Positions 19,758 through 29,790 of a DNA stretch of 64,000 nucleotides are shown in pieces (the first letter of the stretch is position 1; the number at the start of each line of letters is the position of its first letter). Position numbers and translations under genes: made by a program. Below the pieces are notes generated by a model. That model did no database searches. It was not told where the DNA came from and saw only the letters and a list, made by a program, of their open reading frames with translations. Source of the DNA: Longimicrobiales bacterium (lineage in GTDB: Bacteria; Gemmatimonadota; Gemmatimonadetes; Longimicrobiales; Gaopeijiaceae); NCBI GenBank assembly GCA_965226375.1, contig CBDDCX010000008.1, positions 384,001 to 448,000 on the forward strand, written 5' to 3'.

Positions 19758-21167
19758 TTGAGCGCACAGAAGACGAAGACCTTTGATCGGTCCCTCGTGG
19801 AGGGGCCCATCCGCGGTGCCGTGTGGAAGCTCGCCTGGCCAACGATGCTGCAGAACGTCATCGGGGGCCTCCAGGGCATCGTCGATCACGCCATGGTCGG
19901 ACACTACGTGGGCTATACCGGGAACGCTGCGATCGGTGTTTCGTGGCAGATCTTCATAGTCGTGATGGTCTTCATCAGCTCCCTCTTCACAGGGATGGGT
20001 GTGCTGGTGGCGCGGTTCTCCGGTGCGAACCAGCCGGACAAGGTGGACCGGACCGTCTACCAGGCGTTCCTGACGTCGGTTTTCTTGGTCGTCGGGATTC
20101 TGGCCCCGATCGGATACGTGCTTGCGCCCTCGCTTCTGGGCATGGTCAACGCCGCGCCGGAAGTACAGGTGGAAGCGCTGCCCTACCTGCGGATTCTGTT
20201 CGTGTTCTCCTTCGGCATGCTGATGTTCTTCATGCTGGGTGGGGCGCTCCGGTCGGCGGGGGACGCGAAGACACCGCTTCGCCTGGGGGTCGTGCTCACC
20301 GTTCTGAACATCACACTCAACGTGATCCTGATCCGCGGCTTGGGTCCCATTCCTGCGTTCGGGACCAAGGGCGCGGCCATGGGCACGGTCATCGCGGGCG
20401 GCGTGATCAGTGTGTATGCGCTGATCCAGCTGTTCGGCGGAAAGTGGGTAGTGCACTTCCATCGAGGCATGAGCCTGCGGCCCGACTGGGGTATCATTCG
20501 GCAGCTCTTCCGGTTTGGGTTGCCTACCGGCATCCAGGGCATCGCCATGAATGTCGGTGGTGTCATTCTTCTGGGGTTCGTGGGATCGCTGGCCATGAGC
20601 GCCCAGGCTCAGGCCGCCTACGTGGTGACCTACACTCAGCTCTTCTCGTTCATCACGTGGACGTCGGTGGGCATCATGGGGGCCACGGCCGCGGTCGCGG
20701 GCCAGAACCTGGGCGCCGGCCGACCCGATCGGACGAGCAAGGCGGTGCACGTGGCGGCGGAGTTCGGTCTCATGCTGGCCGCCGCCATCGGCGCGACGTT
20801 TCTGGTCATCCCGACCTTGCTTCTCGGGATCTTCGGGATGGAGGACCCCGTGGTGGTAGAACTGGGCGTCCAGCTGCTCCGCTATCTGGCCGTATCGGGG
20901 CTCTTCGTCACCGTCGCCCTTGCGTTTACCGGCGGGCTCCAGGGCACGGGAGACACAAAGAGTCCTCTCTATATCTCCATCGTCTCCCAGATCGTGGTAC
21001 CCCTGGGGATATGCTTCACGATTCAAACGCTCTCGACCCTGGAACCAGGCGACATCTGGCTGGCGATCGTGATCGGCCACCTGACTCGCGCCACGCTGAG
21101 CGCCGTGGTGTTCAAGCGCGAGAAGTGGAAGCACATCGAGGTTGAGATCGACCCCGCGCGCGTATGA
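19758..21167 (+). CDS. MATE family efflux transporter
   Basis: KLAWP, RSAGDAKTP, GAAMGT and GQNLGA motifs; about 12 TM. Confidence 0.95.
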   Translation: MSAQKTKTFDRSLVEGPIRGAVWKLAWPTMLQNVIGGLQGIVDHAMVGHYVGYTGNAAIGVSWQIFIVVMVFISSLFTGMGVLVARFSGANQPDKVDRTVYQAFLTSVFLVVGILAPIGYVLAPSLLGMVNAAPEVQVEALPYLRILFVFSFGMLMFFMLGGALRSAGDAKTPLRLGVVLTVLNITLNVILIRGLGPIPAFGTKGAAMGTVIAGGVISVYALIQLFGGKWVVHFHRGMSLRPDWGIIRQLFRFGLPTGIQGIAMNVGGVILLGFVGSLAMSAQAQAAYVVTYTQLFSFITWTSVGIMGATAAVAGQNLGAGRPDRTSKAVHVAAEFGLMLAAAIGATFLVIPTLLLGIFGMEDPVVVELGVQLLRYLAVSGLFVTVALAFTGGLQGTGDTKSPLYISIVSQIVVPLGICFTIQTLSTLEPGDIWLAIVIGHLTRATLSAVVFKREKWKHIEVEIDPARV

Positions 21168-21288
21168 AGGGCCTTCAACGGAAACCCCACCGACTCCATC
21201 CACGTAGGGCGGGACGAATCAGTCACTCGGCGTCTACTCGGGTCTCCCGAGGCCGAGGGATGTTCGTCATCTGAGTACAGGGACCGCC

Positions 21289-23718
21289 ATGGACTCGCTC
21301 CTGAAGGACTTCCGCTTTGCCGCCCGCATGCTCGTCAAGCAGCCTGCGCTCGCGCTCATCGCAATCGTCACGTTCGCCCTGGGCATCGGTCTCACGACCA
21401 CGGTGTTCAGCATCGTCAGCGGTGCGCTGTATCGTGGCCTTCCATTCGAGCAGTCGGACCGGATCGCGTGGGTGCATCGGAACAAGCCTTCTGAGAACCA
21501 AACCCAGATGGGCGTGACCGCTCCGGACTACTTCGATTGGCAAGCCCGTCAATCCGCGTTCGAGACCATGGCCGCCATGACCTTCAGTCCGGTCAATCTG
21601 GCTTTAGGTCAGGGACGACCCGAGCGCTTCGCGGGTGCCAGCTTTACGTCCGAGATGCTCGATGTTCTCAACGTCGCACCGATCTTGGGGCGCGGTTTCC
21701 GCCAAGGGGAGGACCGGCCGGGGGCGGAGCCGGTGATCTTGATCGGCTATGACTTGTGGCAGGACCGCTTTGACGGTTCGCGGGATGTTCTGGGAGAAAC
21801 TGTGCGTGCGAATGGGGTCACGCGGACCGTCGTCGGAGTCATGCCCGAGGGCTTCGCGTTCCCCCAGCAGGAGCAGGTGTGGTTACCGCTGGAGTTGGAC
21901 CCGTCGACCATCGACCGGGCCGACGAAACCACGTTCACCGTGGTCGGGAGGCTCAACCCGTCGACATCCGTCGACGAGGCCAAGGTGCAGATGGCGTCCA
22001 TCGCTTCGCTCCTTGCCGCGGAGTTCCCCGAGAGCAATGAGGGTATCGGCGCCGAGGTGAAACCCTACACCGAGCGCTTTTTGGGCCCCGAGATCTACGG
22101 GCTTCTATACACCATGCTCGGAGCGGCTTTGGGCGTGCTCATCATCGCGTGTGTAAACGTCACCAACCTGCTGCTGGCCCGCGCATCGGTGCGGACTCGT
22201 GAGGTGACGGTTCGGGCCGCTCTCGGTGCCGGCCCCGGCCGCTTGATTCAGCAGCTCCTGGTTGAAGTCATGCTCCTCGCCCTGGTCGGTGGCACCATCG
22301 GGGTCGGTATGGCGTACTTCGGCGTCGAGTGGTTTGCGAGGTCGTTGGAATCGAATCCACCACCCTTCTGGATGGTGTTCGAACTGGACCTTCCCGTGCT
22401 GATGTTCGTGGTCGCCATCACTTCATTGTCCGCCCTGGTATCGGGCCTGGTCCCGGCACTCCGGGCGACCAAGACGAACATCGTGGAAGGGCTCAAGGAC
22501 GAGGGGCGAGGCTCCTCGAGCCTGAGCGCGGGCAGGTTCACCAGCGGCTTGGTCATCGCCGAGGTGGCCGTGTCATGCGGGCTGCTGATCGCTGCGGGCC
22601 TCATGATCAGCAGCGTGGCGAAGCTCAAGACCGTAAAAATGCCGTTCGCCACGGACAACGTGTTCACCGCACGCATCAACCTGCCCCTGTCGGAGTATCC
22701 CGATACCGTGAGTCGACTGCAGTTCTATTCGGAGCTTCTGCCGAAGTTGGCGGGCATCCCCGGCGTGGAGGCGGCGACGCTCTCCGATGGGCTGCCCGCG
22801 TCCGGGAACGGGACTCGCGTCTTCCAGGTGGAAGGTGAGTCCTACCCTGCCGATACCGACTATCCGTTCGCCCGCGAGGGGATTGTGACTCCCGGATACT
22901 TCCGGACGTTCCAGACGGAGATACTGCAGGGTCGTGGCTTCAGCGTGAACGATCACACCGAAGCTCAACCGGTCGCGATCGCCAATCGGTCGTTTGTCCA
23001 GAGGTTTTTCCCCGACGGCGACCCGCTTGGTAAGAGGATCCGGATGGGCCGGGAGGACACCGACGCACAGTGGCTCACCGTGGTCGGAGTGGTGCACGAC
23101 CTGTCCATGGAGGGCTTTGGAAACGGCGATTCCAGCCCGGCTGGGTTCTACATCCCGATCGCTCAGAGTGGCGTAGGCAACTTCGTGAGCATCGCCGCTT
23201 ACACGGAGGGCCCACCCATGGCCAAGACCACGGCGGTCCGCGAGGCCGTCATGGCCGTCGATCCCAACTTGCCCATCTTCGACGTGATGGACATGCCGGG
23301 GGTGGTCGAGCGGTTCACGTGGTTCTATAGCGTGTTCGGCACGCTGTTCATGGCCTTTGGGGCAGCGGCGCTCTTCCTGGCGTCGGTGGGGCTCTACGGG
23401 GTCATGTCGTTCGCCGTGGCCCGGCGTACGCAGGAGATGGGCATTCGCATGGCGATGGGGGCCCAGGGCAGAGAGCTCGTGAAGCTGATGCTGAAGAAGG
23501 GGATCGTGCAGCTGGCGATCGGATTGATCATCGGCCTGGGCATCGCGGCTCTGGCCGCGGGTCCGCTCCAGTTCGTGCTGTTCGAGGTCGACGCACGCGA
23601 TCCATTCGTGTTCGGAGCGGTGGTGGCCACGTTGGGGGCCGTCGGAGTGCTGGCGAGTTTCATTCCGGCGCGGCGGGTGACGACGGTGGATCCGGTGACG
23701 GCGCTTACGCCGCAGTAG
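21289..23718 (+). CDS. ABC transporter permease, duplicated MacB/FtsX (ADOP-like)
   Basis: DFRFAARML, ACVNVTNLLLARA..R.RE and RRTQEMGIRMAMGA motifs; 809 aa. Confidence 0.95.
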   Translation: MDSLLKDFRFAARMLVKQPALALIAIVTFALGIGLTTTVFSIVSGALYRGLPFEQSDRIAWVHRNKPSENQTQMGVTAPDYFDWQARQSAFETMAAMTFSPVNLALGQGRPERFAGASFTSEMLDVLNVAPILGRGFRQGEDRPGAEPVILIGYDLWQDRFDGSRDVLGETVRANGVTRTVVGVMPEGFAFPQQEQVWLPLELDPSTIDRADETTFTVVGRLNPSTSVDEAKVQMASIASLLAAEFPESNEGIGAEVKPYTERFLGPEIYGLLYTMLGAALGVLIIACVNVTNLLLARASVRTREVTVRAALGAGPGRLIQQLLVEVMLLALVGGTIGVGMAYFGVEWFARSLESNPPPFWMVFELDLPVLMFVVAITSLSALVSGLVPALRATKTNIVEGLKDEGRGSSSLSAGRFTSGLVIAEVAVSCGLLIAAGLMISSVAKLKTVKMPFATDNVFTARINLPLSEYPDTVSRLQFYSELLPKLAGIPGVEAATLSDGLPASGNGTRVFQVEGESYPADTDYPFAREGIVTPGYFRTFQTEILQGRGFSVNDHTEAQPVAIANRSFVQRFFPDGDPLGKRIRMGREDTDAQWLTVVGVVHDLSMEGFGNGDSSPAGFYIPIAQSGVGNFVSIAAYTEGPPMAKTTAVREAVMAVDPNLPIFDVMDMPGVVERFTWFYSVFGTLFMAFGAAALFLASVGLYGVMSFAVARRTQEMGIRMAMGAQGRELVKLMLKKGIVQLAIGLIIGLGIAALAAGPLQFVLFEVDARDPFVFGAVVATLGAVGVLASFIPARRVTTVDPVTALTPQ

Positions 23719-23748
23719 TCGAGTCGACGAGGTCGGTCGGCGTCGGCC

Positions 23749-23915
23749 CTAGTGTGGTGTAGCAGAAGTCATGCTGCCATTCGGACGCGCCCGCATCCCG
23801 CATCTCTGCGTTGCTTCTCCTCGAAATAGCGGTGCTATTCCTCGTCGTCGCGCCTTGATCTGCGGGCGCGGACCGCGCCCTCGGTGACTACCAGACTTCT
23901 GCTACACCACACTAG
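23749..23915. mobile_element. MITE-like element, 167 bp, perfect 22-bp terminal inverted repeats
   Basis: CTAGTGTGGTGTAGCAGAAGTC (23749-23770) and its reverse complement (23894-23915); internal hairpins; no coding capacity. Confidence 0.8.
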
Positions 23916-24014
23916 CGGGCCGGCGCCCACCTGCTTGCGATAGCCCGGCCATCTCCGAAGGTTACCAGGGAATCCGTCCTTTGACGGAAGCGCAACCCGT
24001 TTCCGGAGGTTCTC

Positions 24015-25385
24015 ATGCGTGCCAGGCTTTCGGCTGCCACGATGCCACTCGTAGGTGTTGTCTCGCTGCTCGTCCTCGCCCCGACCGAGACGTCGGCCCA
24101 GTACGCCCCCGGCCGGCAGGGCAGCGACAACGTGGAGATCGTTGCACACGTGCCGCTGGCCGGAGCGCTGGCCGTCGCCGACATCGAGATCGAACAGGAC
24201 CTCGAGCGGCCCTATGCTTATGTGTCCCGGCGGCTTACTCCCGCGGGGTTCCAGATCATCGACCTATCTGCCCCTGAAGACGCCAAGATCATCTACTCGT
24301 GGTTTATCGAGAACGCCGAGTTGCATCGCGGGGACGCGCTCGACGGCAAGTACTTCAAGCTCGACGGGCGCTACTACTACGTGCAGTCCATGAGCTTCCG
24401 GCAGAGCGGGCCCGATCAGGATCTGGGCGCAGTAGTGTTCGACGTGACCGGACTTCCGGATCCATCGACGGTCCGGGAAGTGGGCCGTATCCGGGCCCCG
24501 GACACGCCGGGGGGATTCCACAACATCTACGCGTACAAGCACTCCACGGGCCGTGTGCTCCTCTTCGCCACGACCGAGTCGCCCCAATCGGTTCCCCACG
24601 GTGCGAACGTCTACGACATGGAGCTGTTCCTCCAGGGTGATCCGGACTACGGGCTCGTCTCTCGTATGCCGCTGCCCGAGCCCCGGGGGGCCGCGCGGGG
24701 CTATCACGACGCATATGTGGCCTACGACCCGGCGACCGGACAGGACAAGTTCTACGGTGGCGGTCCCGAGACCACGTACCAGGGCGGGAACTATGTCTGG
24801 GACGTCACCGACATCACGAACCCGCAGCTGCTCGTCACACAGATGGCCGTCATGGGTCAGCAGTCGGGTGGGCACACCTGGGTGGCCACGCCCGACCACC
24901 GGTACGCAATAAGCGAGATGACGTCACCGGCTCACGCCCCGCTTCGGTTCTACGATCTGAAGCCGGCTCTGGACGGTGATGTTGCGGTCATTCGCCAGCC
25001 CATCGGAGAGTGGACTGCCGACTGGAAAAAATCGTCTCACAACATGGAGATCCGCTGGCCTTATGTGTTCGTCTCGGCGTACGAGGACGGACTCCAGATC
25101 ATCAACATGAGAAATCCCGCCAAACCCCGGACGGTCGGCTTCTACGACACCTACGACGAGGACACCCCGTACACCGGCGGCGGTGTGGCGAACGGAGTGT
25201 TCGGAGTCGATGTGCGTAACGCCGACGGACTCATCGTCGTCAGCGACATGCACAGTGGGTTCTGGGCCTTCAGGATGGACGGCTTCAACGGTTGGAACGG
25301 AAACGACTGGGGCATGCCCAACATCTCCAGCGTGCAGGACTGGGACAATGGGCCGGAAGGCGTGAGGAACGTGGCTTTTCAGTAG
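24015..25385 (+). CDS. Secreted LVIVD-repeat-like beta-propeller protein (paralogue 3)
   Basis: Signal peptide; GGFHN, GYHD, GHTW and SHNME motifs; WNGNDWGMPNISS tail. Confidence 0.85.
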   Translation: MRARLSAATMPLVGVVSLLVLAPTETSAQYAPGRQGSDNVEIVAHVPLAGALAVADIEIEQDLERPYAYVSRRLTPAGFQIIDLSAPEDAKIIYSWFIENAELHRGDALDGKYFKLDGRYYYVQSMSFRQSGPDQDLGAVVFDVTGLPDPSTVREVGRIRAPDTPGGFHNIYAYKHSTGRVLLFATTESPQSVPHGANVYDMELFLQGDPDYGLVSRMPLPEPRGAARGYHDAYVAYDPATGQDKFYGGGPETTYQGGNYVWDVTDITNPQLLVTQMAVMGQQSGGHTWVATPDHRYAISEMTSPAHAPLRFYDLKPALDGDVAVIRQPIGEWTADWKKSSHNMEIRWPYVFVSAYEDGLQIINMRNPAKPRTVGFYDTYDEDTPYTGGGVANGVFGVDVRNADGLIVVSDMHSGFWAFRMDGFNGWNGNDWGMPNISSVQDWDNGPEGVRNVAFQ

Positions 25386-25415
25386 TGGCTCGCTACAGCG
25401 GTTACGGGCAACAAG

Positions 25416-26147
25416 TCATGGGTCGCTTGATGTGATCCGTCGTGCATTGGCACCGCTCTCCAGCATCACAGGGGCTTCCGAGTGCAGGGCCCCACGAAGC
25501 CGCTGACGCCACGACGCCCGCTGGATCAGAACGACCTGGATGCAAGGCTCGATTCCGTCCACGATGACAAAGTGGATGTCGCCCAGGTCCTCGGGGCGCG
25601 GGATCCGGTAGACCTGTCCTTGCCAGGTGAAGTCGATCGAGTCCAGGCCATCGAACTCCGCTGACGTGAGCACCCGCTCGATGTATATCTCCTCCTCCAC
25701 CTGGTACGCACCTTCGCCCTGGGGCTCGCCCCATTGGAAGTACCATGGATCGAAGGGCTCGTCCCGCTCTCGCTTGAACGACTCGTCCATGGCGTAGTCC
25801 ATGGCTTCGAGCGCATCCTCGTCGGCGAGGGACTCCAGGTGGTGTTGGAGCTCGTGGGTGAGAGTCTCCCAGAGCTCCTCCTCCCAGTCGAAGTCCGGAT
25901 CGTCCCCGGCCATCTTCCGAAAGGACCCGTAGTAGAGCACCACACGCGAGCGTGTGGTTTCCGGGCTTTGCCAGTCGGAGATGTGGCCTTGCGTGAGGCA
26001 CTCCCCGAGCGTGACCACGTCGGGGAGCTCGGGATGTGTCTCTACCGCTTCCACGGTCGTGACGCCGTCAACTCCCTCCCGGTACACCACGGGGATACTC
26101 TGGAAGGCCTCCTGGGCCACGCGAGAGAACTCGTCGTAGGTCATCAT
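25416..26147 (-). CDS. Minimal zincin-like metallopeptidase family protein
   Basis: VVLYYGSF...ETLTHELQHH (HExxH). Confidence 0.8.
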   Translation of the reverse strand: MMTYDEFSRVAQEAFQSIPVVYREGVDGVTTVEAVETHPELPDVVTLGECLTQGHISDWQSPETTRSRVVLYYGSFRKMAGDDPDFDWEEELWETLTHELQHHLESLADEDALEAMDYAMDESFKRERDEPFDPWYFQWGEPQGEGAYQVEEEIYIERVLTSAEFDGLDSIDFTWQGQVYRIPRPEDLGDIHFVIVDGIEPCIQVVLIQRASWRQRLRGALHSEAPVMLESGANARRITSSDP

Positions 26148-26344
26148 TTCAGCTTGTGAGAGCTGCGCGTTATTGAATGGGACGAGGGGCACCGTGCTTT
26201 CGCGTGGGACTAGAGTCCAACCCGCCTGGTCCGCCTCGGACCCCGTGCCTGAAGGTCCGCGAGCCCTTACTGTGGCTGTCGAGACCTCCTGACAACAGGG
26301 GAGTTCACCTGCAGGAGTCATCTTGGACTCAGCACGGGGGCATC

Positions 26345-28127
26345 ATGCGTCGAGTAGCGGCCCGATCCATCTCTCTCCTCCTCCTCGCGCTGTTTCATAG
26401 CACGCTCCATCCGGATCGGGCTGGAGCGTGGCTGACCGATCCTTCCCACACGCAGGAAGTCGCGCCGACGCAGCAGCAGGAGACTCTTTCGGCGCAGGAA
26501 GCGCTCATCGAGCAGGCCCAGGTTTCCCTGGACCGTCTGGAGGAGATCCAGGACACCCTGACGGTGATGATCGCACTCATCGAAGGGGGTCTGTCCGACG
26601 ACGAGGTTGACCTGATTCGCATCGGGCTGACGCCCGTGGAGGAAGAGTCCCGCCGACTCATGCAGGAGCTGGGCGGGCTCATCCTTCGGATAGAGGACGC
26701 GGGCGGTTCGGTGGCGGAGATCCGGGCGCGCATGGGAGACCTGCTCGGGTGGTTCTTTGCCGCATACCAGACGGGCCTGGAGCAGAGTTTCGTCGAGTTG
26801 ACCGGTTTGGCCGCCGCCCAGGACACCTCGACGGCGGGGGGGTTGGCGGATCTCGCTGCCCTAGGCCAGGAGATTCGTAGCCGTATCCTGAGCGGAGGCT
26901 TGGGTGAGATCCGGGTACTGGACCAGGCTCAGGATTTGGGGTTCGATGTAACTCCGGAGTTCTCCGGCCTCGATGCCATACTTCTGGATCGCACAGAGGC
27001 GCTGGTGGGCCGCCTCCAGCTGCGAGTCCTCGAGCGGGACCGGGAGAGCACCAACTACGCCGAGGCTCAGTCGGCTGATGCCGGTGAGGAGGCTATTGAG
27101 CAGGCCCGGCGCCGGGTGTTGGATGCGGACGAGCGAGGGGAGGGAGCCGCGGCCACGCTGGACGTGGTGAGCGATCTCCTGGACCTACGTGGCTACTCGA
27201 CCGCCGAGTACCGCCAGCTTGTCATCCTTGCGACCGGCGAGGTGACCGGAGATCTGTTCAACCCCCGTGTGCTGGTGGGGTTGGTTCGCGGCTGGTTCAC
27301 CGGGGGAGCGCGCTGGGTGCGCGACAGTGGACCTACGATTCTGGCCCGCCTTTTTCTGGTCCTGCTCACCGTCTGGGCATTCCGTGTCCTCTTCAGATTC
27401 GGCTGGTGGCTGCTGCGGGTGGTCGGCATCGTCAGGATGCCGCGCCTCGCCTCCGATCTCCTGGGCAGGACCCTCCAGCCCATAGCCACGGTGTTGGGTC
27501 TGATTGTCGGACTGTGGACCGTGGGCGTGGATAGCACGGCCCTGCTCACCGGGCTGGGCGTATTCTCCCTGATCGTGGGTTTGGCGCTACAGGATTCCCT
27601 GAGCAATTTCGCTGCGGGGCTCTTCATTCTGGCCCACCGACCCTACGACGTGGACGACGTCATCGAGACCGGCGGCCTACTGGGCAGAGTCGTGGCTCTG
27701 GGCCTGGCCAATACCACCCTCATCACCTTCGACAATCGCAAGGTGTTCGTGCCCAACGTGAACATTTCGAAAGATCTGGGGCGACGTGATCGCCAATCGC
27801 TCAACCGAGCCCACCCGGCGAGTGGACGTGGCGGTCGAGGTGGCCGACCATGAAGACCTGGACCGCGTCTTTACGATTCTCCACAGCGTCCTGGACGAAC
27901 ACGAGTACGTGCTCGCTGAGCCCGCCCCTCTCGTCTTCATGAAGGGTCGAAGCGACTCGTGGCGAAAGCTCGAGGTGCGGCCCTGGGTGGAGAGCGAACA
28001 CTGGTGGGAGTTGAAATCGACCTTGCCCGCGATCATCGATCGACGCTTTGCCCGCGAGGGTATCCGGGCGCCCACGCCACGGCGCGAGGTCGTGTACGCC
28101 GAGGGCGAAGCCGAAGGGTCCGCGTGA
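26345..28127 (+). pseudogene. MscS mechanosensitive channel with long N-terminal periplasmic region, frameshifted near 27770
   Basis: GLALQDSLSNFAAG, RPYDVDDVI and VFVPN; KIWGDVIAN...RRVDV continues in a shifted frame. Confidence 0.8.
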
Positions 28128-28128
28128 G

Positions 28129-28833
28129 GTGACAGCCCCCCTTATCGGGCTCACGACCTATCACCGGAACGGTGACAACAAGTTCGAGCTCCCAGCCGAG
28201 TACGTGGACGCCGTCCGCCGCGCCGGAGGCATCCCGGTGTTGCTGCCGCCGGGTGAGTCCCGTCGGGAGGATGTGCTCCACCGATTGGATGCGGTGATCC
28301 TCACCGGGGGTGGGGACCTGTCCCCGGAAGCCTATGGGGGGAGTGACCATCCGACGCTTTACCTGGTCGACGACGAGAGGGACGAGAGCGAACTCGCGCT
28401 CGCTCGGCGGGCGGTAGATACCGGGCTCCCGACCCTGGGGATCTGCCGGGGCACCCAGGTGCTCAACGTCGCGTTGGGCGGCACCCTCGTGGAGCACCTG
28501 CCCGACGTGGTGGGGGAGGAGGTCGCCCACAGAGCACCACCCCGAGATCCGATTCCCCATGTCGTGGTGGTCGAGCCGAGTTCTCGCTTGGCCGGCGTGG
28601 TGGGAGACCTGCGGTTCGAGTGCGCCTCCTGGCATCACCAGGGCCTCAAGGAGGTGGCGGGCGGCCTGGAGGTGGTCGCGCACGCTCCGGACGGCACCAT
28701 CGAGGCGGTCGAGCTCCCGAGCCATCCCTGGCTCGTCGCGGTGCAGTGGCATCCGGAGCTGACGGCCGCAAACGACCCGATCCAGCAGCGGCTGTTCGAG
28801 GCGCTGGCAGAGGCCGCCAGGAGGCAGAGATGA
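28129..28833 (+). CDS. Gamma-glutamyl-gamma-aminobutyrate hydrolase family (peptidase C26, PuuD-like)
   Basis: GICRG.Q.LNVALGG, SWHHQ and VQWHPE motifs. Confidence 0.92.
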   Translation: MTAPLIGLTTYHRNGDNKFELPAEYVDAVRRAGGIPVLLPPGESRREDVLHRLDAVILTGGGDLSPEAYGGSDHPTLYLVDDERDESELALARRAVDTGLPTLGICRGTQVLNVALGGTLVEHLPDVVGEEVAHRAPPRDPIPHVVVVEPSSRLAGVVGDLRFECASWHHQGLKEVAGGLEVVAHAPDGTIEAVELPSHPWLVAVQWHPELTAANDPIQQRLFEALAEAARRQR

Positions 28834-29321
28834 AGATGCACCCCTTGATTACCGTTGGGCTTCTTGCTGCGATCGCCTGTGGCCCGACAACGCCAGATGC
28901 TCCCGTCCCTGGATCCACCGACCCCGATGGTGGGTTCGACGGGCCGGCCGGAACGGTGCGTTCATCGGCTGAGACCGTCGAGGCTGTCGAGATGGCCATC
29001 CGGCAGTTCTACCTCGACGTCAACGCGTTCGACCACGCGGCGCTCAGAGCGACGACCACCTCGGACTTCGAGTTTATGGACGGTGGGCGGCGAATGGACG
29101 GGGACGCGTTCGAGGCCTTCCTGCGCGGCGTTGAGAGCGGCGGCACGACGCTGGACTTCGAGCTCTCCGAGCTCAACACGGAAGTCGTGGGCGATGTCGC
29201 ATACACGAGCTACCTGGCCTCAACACCGCGTTCGACCTTGCTGGAAGCGAGCGTGCTCCGACGTTCAGGCGGCCGCTGGCTCGTCGATCGCACCATATCG
29301 GCTGGGACTGTGCCCCCGTGA
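28830..29321 (+). CDS. NTF2-like (DUF4440/SnoaL-like) lipoprotein
   Basis: AIAC lipobox; GDVAY...VLRR..GRW pattern. Confidence 0.7.
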   Translation: MKMHPLITVGLLAAIACGPTTPDAPVPGSTDPDGGFDGPAGTVRSSAETVEAVEMAIRQFYLDVNAFDHAALRATTTSDFEFMDGGRRMDGDAFEAFLRGVESGGTTLDFELSELNTEVVGDVAYTSYLASTPRSTLLEASVLRRSGGRWLVDRTISAGTVPP

Positions 29322-29377
29322 TGCCGTCGTAGGCTCACCGGTAACAGGGCGCCCTACTCAACGCTCGTTCATGGGTA

Positions 29378-29392
29378 TACCGATCATCGGTA
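29378..29392. promoter_or_regulatory. Putative PadR operator, perfect 7-1-7 palindrome TACCGAT-C-ATCGGTA
   Basis: Palindrome about 50 bp upstream of the PadR start codon. Confidence 0.6.
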
Positions 29393-29439
29393 CATCATGT
29401 TAGCTTCTCTTGTCTCGAATCGGATAGGGGAGGTCTTCG

Positions 29440-29790
29440 GTGGCCCAAACCGGAACGAAGGACCCACAAGAGCTACTGCCGCTCACACACCTGAGTTATC
29501 ACATCATGCTGTCACTCCGTGAGGCGGGCCTGCATGGGTACGCCATCGTGAAGAGCGTGAAGGAACGCTCCGACGGTGCCATAAGCCCCGGGACCGGCAC
29601 GTTCTACTCTGCGCTCCGGCGCATGCTCGACGAGGGTGTGTTGATCGAGGTGCAGGAGCCCACGGACGTAGACGGACACGACTCACGGCGCCGCTACTAC
29701 GAGCTGTCTCCGTTTGGGCGTCAGGTCTTGGTTGCGGAGACGGCACGTCTTCGAGAGCTGGTGGAGTGGGCGGAGTCGGCGGCCGGCTGA
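29440..29790 (+). CDS. PadR family transcriptional regulator
   Basis: HGYAI...G..GTFYSALRRM...RRRYYELSPFG. Confidence 0.95.
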   Translation: MAQTGTKDPQELLPLTHLSYHIMLSLREAGLHGYAIVKSVKERSDGAISPGTGTFYSALRRMLDEGVLIEVQEPTDVDGHDSRRRYYELSPFGRQVLVAETARLRELVEWAESAAG

